Source: Candidatus Freyarchaeum deiterrae (GTDB lineage Archaea > Asgardarchaeota > Jordiarchaeia > Jordiarchaeales > Jordiarchaeaceae). Taken from it: a stretch of 64,000 bases of DNA. Under the pieces are notes generated by a model, which saw only the letters and a list, made by a program, of their open reading frames with translations, had not been told where the DNA came from and made no database searches. The position numbers were made by a program, and so were the translations under genes. How positions within the stretch are numbered: the first letter of the stretch is position 1; each line of letters starts with the position of its first letter. The stretch covers positions 1,248,001-1,312,000 of the forward strand of contig CP147778.1 of assembly GCA_037305845.1 (NCBI GenBank), written 5' to 3'. This document shows positions 49,634 through 59,730 of the stretch, one piece after another.

Positions 49634-51325
49634 ATGGAGCGCAAATATCTTTTGTTATCTTTTCTGGTTCCTCTACTTATCAGGGTTATTCCAGAGGTTA
49701 TTGCATATCCCTGGCCGATTGGCTACGATACAATAGGCTGGTACGCTCCTTTAATATACTATTTTCAGGTTTACGGCTTTTCTTTAGCGTTCTATTATGC
49801 CTTTAATATGTATTACTATGCCCCTCTGTTTTTAGTTTTGGCTGGCGGTTTAGGTATTTTGACCCAGCTCAATCCGGTTCTGATATTGGAGGTTGCTGCT
49901 CCCATTCTCAGCGGTATTTTGGGGTTCTCGATTTATTACTTTTTAACCGATTACTTGGACTGGAGCGGCAAGAGGGGCTTGGCTTGTGTGATTATCAGCT
50001 TATCGTATTTTGTGGCCCTCAGGATATCGTGGGACCTGCTTAGAAATACACTGGGGCTTGCCCTCATATTTCTCGCAGTTTCCCAGACTAAAAATATAGG
50101 TGAGAGAAGGAGAAGCTTTCTTTTCATACTCTTCTCCCTGCTCTGTGCACTCACTCATGAGGTGATTTCAGTTTTACTTTTCTTTGTGATTGTTTATCTT
50201 CTTCTTTTAGAGTTGTTTCCCTCTCTCAGCGTTTCTGGGCTTTTAACCCGTTTCAAGTCTCTGAGACACTCCGACAAAGCCGCTACTTATTCCGAAACAG
50301 CAGAGACTAAGAACGAGAAGAGTAAAAAATTAAAAACGTCAAAGGATTCATCGAGAGACGGAGAATATAAATGGTATCAAAGGTTTTTTGGAAATGATTT
50401 TCATCCTTGGATCATAGCCATGTACACCTTCACAGCGATATTTACAGCGATACTTATGCTATATTACGCGGGATTCTTCCGAATTAATATTCCCAATTAT
50501 CTCTTTAATCAAACAACTGTTGGTCTTTTTGATGATTACGTCCCTCCGAATCTTGGTTATAACTTGGATTTTGGTTATACCGTGTATTCTTCCGTGGGTG
50601 CTTTGAGGGTTGATATCTTTTCTCTTTTTGTGATCTGTTTCCTGCCTGTACTTCCCTTTGCGGTTTTGGGGTATTTCCGAAACCGCGCCTTGGATTTTTT
50701 GACTCTGTTTCTTTTGGCGGCTTCTTTTATGCCCGTGGTATCCCCCCACTTCGCACTGCTTTTTTGGTATCGTTGGATGCTGTTACTTACGTTTCCCTTC
50801 ACCATCTACGCCTCCAACTTCCTGCTTCCCAACGGGCAGAACTCAATTTTAATCCGGAGGCTGAAAATTCCCAGAAAAACCAGAAGGAACATTCTCGTCG
50901 TTATGATCCCTGTGCTGTTTTTAGCATCGACAGTGTACATGGCTTCCGGTGAACAGATTTATCCCTACTTTGCGTTTTTAATTAATAGTCCGTATGTTCC
51001 GGCGGGTATGCAGCGGAATACTATTCCGCTCTCCCAGAACCAGTACGCGGTGGAAGCCTGCGAGTGGCTGGCGTGGAATATGCCTGCCAACTCCTGCCTC
51101 ATCGTTCACAGAAGCCTGTATTACTATGCCCTATCCACCCTCACTCCCAGGCCGATATACCAGTATGACGCTCTTAACTTGGAGTTGCAAACTGCGATGC
51201 TCAATGCGGCGAGGTACAATAGCACCTATGTTTTGACCATTTTCCCAGTTGACTACTACATTGGGAGTTACAATTTTACACTGGTTTTCAATCTGGGGTT
51301 GGTGATGGTTTATAAAAGTGCTTGA
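49634..51325 (+). CDS. Polytopic membrane protein, probable GT-C-fold glycosyltransferase, copy 2
   Basis: Close paralog of 47395..49083. Confidence 0.6.
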   Translation: MERKYLLLSFLVPLLIRVIPEVIAYPWPIGYDTIGWYAPLIYYFQVYGFSLAFYYAFNMYYYAPLFLVLAGGLGILTQLNPVLILEVAAPILSGILGFSIYYFLTDYLDWSGKRGLACVIISLSYFVALRISWDLLRNTLGLALIFLAVSQTKNIGERRRSFLFILFSLLCALTHEVISVLLFFVIVYLLLLELFPSLSVSGLLTRFKSLRHSDKAATYSETAETKNEKSKKLKTSKDSSRDGEYKWYQRFFGNDFHPWIIAMYTFTAIFTAILMLYYAGFFRINIPNYLFNQTTVGLFDDYVPPNLGYNLDFGYTVYSSVGALRVDIFSLFVICFLPVLPFAVLGYFRNRALDFLTLFLLAASFMPVVSPHFALLFWYRWMLLLTFPFTIYASNFLLPNGQNSILIRRLKIPRKTRRNILVVMIPVLFLASTVYMASGEQIYPYFAFLINSPYVPAGMQRNTIPLSQNQYAVEACEWLAWNMPANSCLIVHRSLYYYALSTLTPRPIYQYDALNLELQTAMLNAARYNSTYVLTIFPVDYYIGSYNFTLVFNLGLVMVYKSA

Positions 51326-51630
51326 TTAATACGCCCAAATTTTTAGGCGACCCCAGTTTTTTATTTTTTATAGTTTGAATGCTGTGTAATATTTTTAACA
51401 GTTCTTTCCACTAAAGTGCTATTTAACGATTTCAAACTAGTTTTTCAAGTCGCTAGACCTATCTTTTTATTTAAAAAGAAAATTGGATTGGTTATCTTCT
51501 TAGTGAATTCCAATTTCAAGTGGTTGTTTTCAAAGGTTTTTACGTAAAATACTTATTGCTATGTGTGAATAGGATTTCAATTCTTATGTTATTCGTTTAG
51601 AAACTTTGGATAGCTTTCCTTTTTTGATGT

Positions 51631-52377
51631 TTAGTGAAATAATGAACTTTTGAGAGCGGTTTCGTTTAGGAGCATTTTTATGAATGTTGAGAATTCCTTT
51701 TTTCCCAATTTGGATTTTCCGTGCGCTCTATCTTTGAAAATAATGGGTACTTCCTTGAGATTGAAACCGTTTTCTTTAGCTCTTTTGATCATTTCCACTT
51801 GGAAATCATAGCTGTTACATTTCACATGTGGAAGGATAGCTTCTAGAGTTTCTATACTGTAGGCTCGAAAACCAGAGGTGTTATCCTTTACTCCAAGCCT
51901 GAGTAAAATATCAACGAGCAGGTTTGCGACAAGGCTCACCATTCTCCTAGCGAAATCCCAGCCGATAATCCTTCCGCCGCCCACATACCGCGAGCCTATA
52001 ACCACATCAAAAGCACCATCACATTCTCGGAATATGCGAGGTATGTCTGATGGATTGTGAGAAAAATCAGCATCCATCTCCATAACAACTCTTCCACTAA
52101 CCGCCTTAAACCCTGCCTTATAAGCGTAGCCTAGACCATTCTTCGCCTTTCTTTCCAATATCCGAATATTATCAAATTTTCCCAAGTATTTTTTAACGAC
52201 GCCCGCTGTACCATCGGGACTATTATCATCTACCACAATTATCTCACCGTTTATTCGGTGATTCTGGAAAACACTTTCAATCTCTAGTATCAAAGATCCT
52301 ATGTTTTCAGCTTCGTTGTAAGTGGGAATAACAACGGAAAGTTCTCTCTGATTTTCTTTGTCCCCAGATTTTGGCAT
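51631..52377 (-). CDS. Polyprenol-phosphate mannose synthase (DPM1-like GT2)
   Basis: VIPTYNE, DDNSPDGT, MDADFSH, GSRY, DNTSGFRAY, FQVEM. Start chosen after GGGTGA (track start 52404). Confidence 0.9.
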   Translation of the reverse strand: MPKSGDKENQRELSVVIPTYNEAENIGSLILEIESVFQNHRINGEIIVVDDNSPDGTAGVVKKYLGKFDNIRILERKAKNGLGYAYKAGFKAVSGRVVMEMDADFSHNPSDIPRIFRECDGAFDVVIGSRYVGGGRIIGWDFARRMVSLVANLLVDILLRLGVKDNTSGFRAYSIETLEAILPHVKCNSYDFQVEMIKRAKENGFNLKEVPIIFKDRAHGKSKLGKKEFSTFIKMLLNETALKSSLFH

Positions 52378-52817
52378 ATACTCACCCCTGCGTATAACAC
52401 TCATAGTTAAACGGGCTCTCCGGAATATTCTCTCTAAAATTAATTGTAATTAAAGTAATTATAATTGGAGCAATTTAAATATTTGGGAAATAAGGAGCTT
52501 AACAAAATTCGAAGCGTATTCTAAAAAAGTCCATTAATTTGGTTGTTTAAAGGAAAATCAGATTTTTGTTAATGGTAGCTCGGTATATTCGTTCCTGAGC
52601 AGCATTATTCCGTTTATTGAAAAAACTATTACAAATCTCCGCTCGAAATAGGTCAGAGATGACTCTAATATAAAATATCGGTTTTGCGAGCACATCGGGG
52701 CGACTGTAAGGCTGGGCGTATTAGAAATCTAATAAATTTTATGTTTTGTTTAGTGAGCCTTTTTTAATTGGTTGGACCTTGTGAGGGGTTTAAGATTATT
52801 CGGCTTATAGGATTTGA

Positions 52818-53627
52818 TTATTTTTGGGGTTTGGTTTTTTCGATTATTTTTCCTTGGGATTTGATTATTTTTTCTTCTAGTTCCTTTTTAGCGTTTTTTA
52901 CGGTTGTGTCAGCGTTTTCTCCTCGTGTTGATAAGTATATCTCTATTGTGACTCTTTTGTCTCGTTGCGGTTGGCTTTTTATCCATACTTGAGGATATTT
53001 TTCTCTCACCTGATCTATTAAGGGTGAGAGATCTGATTCTATCAATTCCTCAATTATGAGGCGTTCTTCCGCATATTTATTTTTGACAGTTTCTTTGAGG
53101 AGTTGGATTAGGTGTTTTTCGAAGAGTGCTTTGACTTCTTGGGGGAATCCTGGTAGGCTTATTATTTTGGTTTCTTTGCATTGCACTAGTGTTGCTGGTG
53201 CTAGTCCGACTGGGTTTAGGAATATTTGGCTGCCTCTGGGCACGTATGCTAGTTTTTTCCTTTCTTCGGTCATTTCTTTGTGTTTTGCTCTTCCCATCTG
53301 ATATATTAGTTCGAATTTCTTTTCCAAGTCGTTTAAGAGTTCTTGGTTTATTTCTAGGGGTTGGTTTAGAGCTTTCGCAAAGGCTTTTAGTGTCATGTCA
53401 TCGTACGTTGAGCCCAAGCCTCCGGTAGTTATTATGAAGTCTGGTTTCCTGCTGATTGCTTCTCTCAGTGTTGACGTTATTGTTTCCAGGTTGTCTGGTA
53501 TTGTGGTTATGCGTGTTACTTCTACGCCCAGTGCGGTTGCTTGGTTGCAGATGTAGTGGCTGTTGGTGTCCTGAATCCTTCCTGCGAGTACCTCGCTTCC
53601 AATTACTATGATTTCTATGGTGGCCAT
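52818..53627 (-). CDS. CinA-N / molybdopterin-binding domain protein
   Basis: IGSEVLAGRIQDTN, TTGGLGSTYDDMT, NPVGLAP, LPGFPQE (track start 53705). Confidence 0.88.
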   Translation of the reverse strand: MATIEIIVIGSEVLAGRIQDTNSHYICNQATALGVEVTRITTIPDNLETITSTLREAISRKPDFIITTGGLGSTYDDMTLKAFAKALNQPLEINQELLNDLEKKFELIYQMGRAKHKEMTEERKKLAYVPRGSQIFLNPVGLAPATLVQCKETKIISLPGFPQEVKALFEKHLIQLLKETVKNKYAEERLIIEELIESDLSPLIDQVREKYPQVWIKSQPQRDKRVTIEIYLSTRGENADTTVKNAKKELEEKIIKSQGKIIEKTKPQK

Positions 53628-53808
53628 TTTTTTAACCCGTAATTGTTTTTTTATGAATTTTGCATTCCAAAATACTAAAACTTTTGTCCCAAACAATTTA
53701 TTCATTGCTCTTGCAGAAGGAGACTTCCTCCTATAGGGTGAAACTGTTGAAAGAGGAAGAAGAAGAATGGATTTTATTTTGAGGTTATTTGTTTTTGTGA
53801 TTGTGGAT

Positions 53809-54849
53809 TTATTTTATTTGTATTGTTGCGTTGTCTCCCACGTTTAGTTCTAGTAAGGTTCCTTTGACGATGGCCTCGTCTCCCACTAGGGTGTCGGTTA
53901 GGTTTGTGTTTTCGATTTGTGCGTGTGAGCCGATTATGGTGTTTTTTATTATTGAGTTTTTTATTTTTGTGCATTCTGCTACTGATACGTATGGTCCTAT
54001 TACAGAGTTTTCGATTTGACATTCCTCTGCTATAGCTATGGGTGGGATTATTACAGTGTTTGTTGGTTTGCTATGTGTAAGTTTTGTCTGGTTACCGTGT
54101 TTTTCTTGAAGTAAGACCTGGTTTGCTTCAAGCAAGGTGTCTTTCCTCCCGCAATCGTACCATTTTTCAACTTTGAAGGTTTTGAGGTGGGCTTTCCAGT
54201 CTATCATTTTTTGTAGGGCGTCTGTTAGTTGATACTCTTCTCCGGTTTTGGGTTCTTTTTCAATTATTTGTTCCAAAGCTTTGTAGAGTAAGGGGGAGTC
54301 GTTTATGACATAGACTCCAGATATCGCTAGGTTTGATAGGGGAGTGGTGGGTTTTTCGACAAGTTGGGTTATGTCTCCGTTTTTTATCTTTACGTTTCCG
54401 TAGTGTTGGGGTTGGTCCACTTCTTTTACTCCTATTGAGGCTGCGCATTCTCCGTTTTTCTGGTGTTTTTGAAGCATATCTTTGTAGGTCTGTAGGAATA
54501 CCATATCCCCTAAAAGGATTAAAAGTGGCTGGTCTATTGCCTGTTCTTTTGCTACATAGACCGCGTGTCCCAGTCCGAGTCGGGGTTCTTGTTCAACGAA
54601 TATAAATTCGAATTGGTTCGAGTAATTTTTTTGGAGGTATTCTGTGATTTGTTCCTTCATGTATCCTATGACTACTACTACTTCTCGGATTTGTGTTGTT
54701 TTTAGATTGTCTAGGATGTGTCCGATGAGGGGTTTCTCCGCTACTCGGAGCAGGGATTTGGGTTTCGTGTTAGTTTGTGGTCTGAGACGTGTTCCACGAC
54801 CAGCAGCAGGTATTAACGCTCTCAACTCTTTTTCTACTCCGTTTTTCAT
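53809..54849 (-). CDS. Sugar-1-phosphate nucleotidyltransferase (long form with left-handed beta-helix)
   Basis: PAAGRGTRLRP...KPK, LVEKP, QLTDAL, WYDCG. Confidence 0.92.
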   Translation of the reverse strand: MKNGVEKELRALIPAAGRGTRLRPQTNTKPKSLLRVAEKPLIGHILDNLKTTQIREVVVVIGYMKEQITEYLQKNYSNQFEFIFVEQEPRLGLGHAVYVAKEQAIDQPLLILLGDMVFLQTYKDMLQKHQKNGECAASIGVKEVDQPQHYGNVKIKNGDITQLVEKPTTPLSNLAISGVYVINDSPLLYKALEQIIEKEPKTGEEYQLTDALQKMIDWKAHLKTFKVEKWYDCGRKDTLLEANQVLLQEKHGNQTKLTHSKPTNTVIIPPIAIAEECQIENSVIGPYVSVAECTKIKNSIIKNTIIGSHAQIENTNLTDTLVGDEAIVKGTLLELNVGDNATIQIK

Positions 54850-55067
54850 TGATTAAAGCGCTCTTGTGTGAATTCTATTGGAACGTCTTAATAAAATATA
54901 CTTATAGTTTTATTTTCTATAATATAATCTTTGGGATATATCTTAATATCGTTGTTTTTCTGGAAAATAAAATAAAGTAGATAATGGGAATTATTTTCTA
55001 GGGCATGAAATTCTTTAAAAATCAACTTGACCAATTCTAAGCTCAATAATTAAAGAGGCGAATACTA

Positions 55068-56399
55068 ATGTTTGACTATGAAATTAAAACAATTTCTGTA
55101 GTGGGTCTGGGATACGTTGGCGTTGTAACAAGTGTGTGTTTTGCGGAGATGGGCTACAATGTAATTTGCGTTGATATCGATAAAGATAAAATTGAGTTAG
55201 TTAATGAAGGCAAATCTTCTATTTTTGAGCCCGAGGTTCCAGAGCTGTTAGCGAAGGCTTTGAACCAAAACAAACTTGTTGCAATAACAGATGTCCCGAA
55301 GGCGGTAACCAACTCGGAAGCGACATTTATCACTGTGGGAACCCCCACCGTTAAAGGAAAGATAGACCTAACAGCAATAAAATCCGCCTCAGAAATGGTT
55401 GGTAAAGGCTTGGCAGACAAAAATTCTTATCACATTGTAGTAGTCAAAAGCACAGTAATCCCCGGAACAATAGAAAGCGTTGTCATACCAACGATTGAGA
55501 AAACTTCAGGAAAATCTGAAGGAAAAGAGTTCGGCGTGTGTTCCAACCCCGAATTTCTCCGGGAGGGAGCTGCGGTTTATGACTTCAGAAAGCCTGATAA
55601 AATAGTAATCGGGAGCAACAATGAAAAGGCTGGAGACATTTTAGAAAGAATTTTTAGGGCTTTCAATTCAACAATCCTAAGAACCGATATTCGAACAGCG
55701 GAAATGATCAAGTATGCTAATAACGCTTTTCTTGCAACCAAAGTTTCATTCATAAACGAAATCGCCAACATCTGTAAAAAACTTGGGGTGGATGTTACTA
55801 AAGTAGCAGAAGGAATAGGTTTGGACTTCAGAATCAACCCCCATTTTCTGAGAGCGGGACCCGGCTTTGGCGGTTCCTGTTTTCCTAAAGATGTTCAAGC
55901 ATTAATTTCCGCCTCAAATAGCGTGGGCTATAACCCTATACTACTGACTTCGGTATTAGAAGTGAATCGAAAACAACCCTTAAAACTAATAGAACTTGCA
56001 AAAGAGCTTCTAGGAAATTTGAAGGGAAAGAACATTGCCGTACTAGGATTATCCTTTAAACCCAATACGGATGACATGAGGGAAGCGCCTTCATTGAAGA
56101 TAATTCCCGCCCTAATAGGGGAGAAAGCAGATGTGACCGTGTACGATCCTGAGGCAGTAATGAACGCAAAAAAAATTTTTGGGGAAAAGATAAAATACGC
56201 TTCAAATGCTCTGGATGCCTTGAAGGGAGCGGATTGTTTGATGATAGTTACCGAGTGGGATGAGTTCAAAAATCTACCTCTAGCAGAAGTTAAAGGTTTG
56301 ATGAGAACCCCCTTTATCGTGGATGGTAGAAGGATCCTGAATCCAGAAGCAGCCAAGAAAGAGGGTTTCAAGTACAAGGGAATAGGCTGGAAAGACTAA
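55068..56399 (+). CDS. ugd: UDP-glucose 6-dehydrogenase family
   Basis: GLGYVG, KSTV, NPEFLREG, GFGGSCFPKD, FKPNTDDMRE. Confidence 0.9.
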   Translation: MFDYEIKTISVVGLGYVGVVTSVCFAEMGYNVICVDIDKDKIELVNEGKSSIFEPEVPELLAKALNQNKLVAITDVPKAVTNSEATFITVGTPTVKGKIDLTAIKSASEMVGKGLADKNSYHIVVVKSTVIPGTIESVVIPTIEKTSGKSEGKEFGVCSNPEFLREGAAVYDFRKPDKIVIGSNNEKAGDILERIFRAFNSTILRTDIRTAEMIKYANNAFLATKVSFINEIANICKKLGVDVTKVAEGIGLDFRINPHFLRAGPGFGGSCFPKDVQALISASNSVGYNPILLTSVLEVNRKQPLKLIELAKELLGNLKGKNIAVLGLSFKPNTDDMREAPSLKIIPALIGEKADVTVYDPEAVMNAKKIFGEKIKYASNALDALKGADCLMIVTEWDEFKNLPLAEVKGLMRTPFIVDGRRILNPEAAKKEGFKYKGIGWKD

Positions 56400-56474
56400 G
56401 GGTGCTATGAAAAATGAGTGCCCAAATTCCATGTCATGATCTATCGGCCAGGATTGGTCAAATTAAGACCACAC

Positions 56475-57482
56475 TTATTTTAAAACTGTCGACTGCGGCA
56501 GATTGCACTTGTACCAATCAATTGTTTTCTTTAATCCTTCTTTTAGCGATATTTTGGGTTCATACCCCAATATGTTTCTTGCTTTTCTGATATCTGCTAC
56601 TCTTCTCAAAGTATCTTCGTAGTTATCTCCATAGAATTCAGTATAGGGTATATGTTTTGGTTTAATTTTATTTATGTTATCTGTTAGCTCTAATATGAGG
56701 TCGGCTAGTCGATTAATTGTTATCTCTTCTTCATGTCCAAGATTAAAAATTTCTCCGATACTTTGTTCCTTTTCAACTGCGAGAAGAGTACCTTCCACTA
56801 TGTCTGTTATATAAGTGAATCCTCTTGTCTGTTTTCCATCTCCATGTACTAAGGGGGGGTTACGCTCAAGAACTCTTTTTATAAAAATAGGTATTACCGC
56901 ACCGTAATCACTGGATTCCTGTCTTGGACCATAAGCATTAAAGTATCTTAATATTGTTACGGGGAGCCCTTTCTTGTGATGATATGCAAGAAGCATATGT
57001 TCATCTAAAGCTTTTGTTGTTGAATAACACCATCTAAAAATATTGGTAGGGCCAAGAATTCTATCCGAGTTTTCACTAAGTGGAACATTGACATTTTTAC
57101 CATATACCTCACTGGTGGAGGCAAACAAAAATAGTTCAACATGGTTTTTTAAGGCACCTTCTATTACGTTGTGGGTACCAAACGTATTTGTTAATATCAC
57201 TTTTAACGGATTGTCCATGTATTTTTTTACACCGACTACTGCAGCTTCATGAATAATAATATTAACATTCTTAGAGGCTTTTTCCACAACTTTTTTATCC
57301 AAAATACTGCCCTCAATAAATACAAAATTTTTCTTTTGCAAATGATTCTTAATGTATTGAATACGGCCACTACTTAAATCATCTAGCACTACAATTTCGT
57401 TATCTTCTATCAGGCTATCCACTAAATGCGAGCCGATGAATCCAGCACCGCCTGTAACCAATATTTTTTTACCAGAAATCAT
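56475..57482 (-). CDS. NAD-dependent epimerase/decarboxylase (UDP-glucuronate decarboxylase-like)
   Basis: TGGAGFIG, ASTSEVYG, RWCYSTTK, RYFNAYGP. Confidence 0.88.
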   Translation of the reverse strand: MISGKKILVTGGAGFIGSHLVDSLIEDNEIVVLDDLSSGRIQYIKNHLQKKNFVFIEGSILDKKVVEKASKNVNIIIHEAAVVGVKKYMDNPLKVILTNTFGTHNVIEGALKNHVELFLFASTSEVYGKNVNVPLSENSDRILGPTNIFRWCYSTTKALDEHMLLAYHHKKGLPVTILRYFNAYGPRQESSDYGAVIPIFIKRVLERNPPLVHGDGKQTRGFTYITDIVEGTLLAVEKEQSIGEIFNLGHEEEITINRLADLILELTDNINKIKPKHIPYTEFYGDNYEDTLRRVADIRKARNILGYEPKISLKEGLKKTIDWYKCNLPQSTVLK

Positions 57483-57815
57483 TGCTTCTCACCAGAGAGC
57501 TGCCTTGTTGCATAATTAGCTCTGTTTACTTTGTTTAGTACTCAAAAGGGCGTAAAACGTATTTTCTTTCCTTCTCCTATATTTCTTTCCTTTGTGATTT
57601 AAATCTTTAATTGGCTGTGCCTTCTAGAAGTATTATTTTATTTCTCTAGAGTAGGCTTTATGGCTAACGGATTCTTTATAGTAAAATTTATTACTTAATT
57701 CATTAGTAAATAATACGCTGTGAATGGAGTTTGAACAAGTCTAATTATCCACTTTTTGATGAAAAGAAGCGGACGGGTCTTTTCCAGGTCGCCTTTGGAA
57801 GGGAGTGACAAACTA

Positions 57816-58811
57816 ATGCCTTTAAAAGATTATTTCAAACACTACATTTTTAACCTGAATTTTTATTTTTGGATTGGTTGGGCCATTATTATATCAACGA
57901 AGAATCCTTGGGTTGTTCCTCCAGTAGTTTTTAAAATTAAAAAGGAGGCCGTTGTAAGAATAAAATCTGAGCCAGTGGAGTTGTCAATAAAAATAAATTC
58001 TCATAACTATAAGATTTTATATTACCTGTCATTTTTGAGAAATCAGGGTAACTTGCTTTTTGATGGAACTAAGGTCAAGTTCTTACCTTGTGGAGTTGAA
58101 TTACTGCCAGATCAAATGGTGGAAGAAGAAGTCGTAATCATCTACTTTGCCTGTATTCTTAATTTATCATTAGAGAGACATGAAGATTATTATCTGTTAC
58201 GATTAAAAGATGGAATGAAGTTTAAAGTAAAAAAAATCTCCCAAATCTCAAACTTGGCTGAAACGTTTATCAAGAATCAATATCAGAGATTTGGCCAAGA
58301 TTTAAAGGGAAAGGTGGTTTTAGACATAGGTACTTCCATAGGAGATACACCAATCTATTTTTCACGTGCTGGTGCTAAGATGGTGTATGCCTATGAACCC
58401 GACCCATACTCATTCAATCTAGCGATGGATAACTTAAAGCTGAATAGTATAAGTAATGTGAAGCTATTCGAAGTGGGAGTTGGTGCTTCTAAAGGGAAAA
58501 TTGCTACTAAATCTTTTTCAAGCTCTGAAAAAGTTATTATTAATGTGCTACCTTTTAGTGAAGTCATCAAACAAGTTGGAGAAGTTGACTTTTTAAAAAT
58601 GGATTGTGAAGGCTGCGAGTTTCCTGCACTGTTATCATTATCTAACAAAGAACTTTCTAACATTAAAGAGTTAGTCATTGAGTACCATAAAAATCCTTCT
58701 CAAATAGTTGAGAAATTAAAGAACGCAGGTTTTCTTGTTAATGTTGAGGAACCATGGATGTACGATCAAGGATACCCTGTAGGATTCTTACATGCAAGGA
58801 AGCAAAATTAA
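57816..58811 (+). CDS. FkbM-family methyltransferase
   Basis: VLDIG, YAYEP, LKMDCEGCE, IEYH (track start 57756). Confidence 0.85.
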   Translation: MPLKDYFKHYIFNLNFYFWIGWAIIISTKNPWVVPPVVFKIKKEAVVRIKSEPVELSIKINSHNYKILYYLSFLRNQGNLLFDGTKVKFLPCGVELLPDQMVEEEVVIIYFACILNLSLERHEDYYLLRLKDGMKFKVKKISQISNLAETFIKNQYQRFGQDLKGKVVLDIGTSIGDTPIYFSRAGAKMVYAYEPDPYSFNLAMDNLKLNSISNVKLFEVGVGASKGKIATKSFSSSEKVIINVLPFSEVIKQVGEVDFLKMDCEGCEFPALLSLSNKELSNIKELVIEYHKNPSQIVEKLKNAGFLVNVEEPWMYDQGYPVGFLHARKQN

Positions 58812-59175
58812 TACAGAGCGTACTAGTCCTTAGAACTTAAGATTGGTAAGAGTTTAAGCTCAAAAACGAAATTCTACAACAAGCATATTTTTCCGAGAAG
58901 ATTGAATAACACACAACTATTGCTTCAATTTTTATTCAAACTGCGATTTCTAATGAATTTTAGTTGAAACATAAAAAATTAAAAAACATGATTGATAATG
59001 AAAGTATTACAAAACATTATGAAAAACATGTGGAACACTGTTTAATTACTATACACATGAGAACTTTAATGAGTTATAAATTTAGGAACCTGATTATCAA
59101 AGAGCTTTGGCTAGGAGGGCTTATGGCTTGACTATGAAATGAGTTGTAGAAGAGGTTTTGGCAGGAGAGTTTTTT

Positions 59176-59730
59176 CTATGAGTTAGTTTTTATTGGTGGA
59201 ATGTATCCCAGATTCTCCAGTTTTTTGAGTATTTTGTTTACGCTCTCCTCTAAACTTTCCTGGGATGTGTCAACTGTGACCTCGGGGTTTAGTGGTTCTT
59301 CGTAGGGCTCTTGGATTCCGGTTAGGTCGTTTAGTTCTCCCTTAATCGCCTTTTGGTAGAGGCCTTTTGGGTCTCGTCTTATACATTCTTCTAGTGGGCA
59401 TTTTACCCAGACTTCAACAAAGTTTCCTATCTGGTTTCTGGCCTGTTCACGGAAGTCTCTGAAGGGTGAGATTAATCCTACTATTACAGCTACTCCGTTT
59501 CTTACCAAGAGTTTGGCTACGTAGGCTACTCTTTTGGCGTGAGTCTCGCGATCCTCTTTGGTGAACCCTAAGTCTGGGCTCAGATTTTTTCTAACCTCAT
59601 CCCCGTCTAGAACTTCTACATTTAAGCCCTTTTTCCTGAGAGCTTTTTCTAGGGCTCGTGCTATGGTGGTTTTTCCAGACGCGGGTAATCCGGTGAGCCA
59701 GACTCCGAAGCCTTCCCTCAAGTAAATCAC
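59176..59730 (-). CDS. cysC: Adenylyl-sulfate kinase
   Basis: WLTGLPASGKTT, LDGDEVR, RDPKGLY, PYEEP. Confidence 0.96.
   Translation of the reverse strand: MIYLREGFGVWLTGLPASGKTTIARALEKALRKKGLNVEVLDGDEVRKNLSPDLGFTKEDRETHAKRVAYVAKLLVRNGVAVIVGLISPFRDFREQARNQIGNFVEVWVKCPLEECIRRDPKGLYQKAIKGELNDLTGIQEPYEEPLNPEVTVDTSQESLEESVNKILKKLENLGYIPPIKTNS

Larger units (their letters stand above)
47310..51350 (+). repeat. Tandem duplication of gene plus leader (about 47310-49110 and 49549-51350)
   Basis: DNA similarity runs from about 85 nt upstream of ATG to about 25 nt past the stop. Confidence 0.92.

Noticed and set aside
52685-52725. GC-rich patch as a tRNA fragment
   Set aside because: No cloverleaf, T-loop or acceptor stem can be built.
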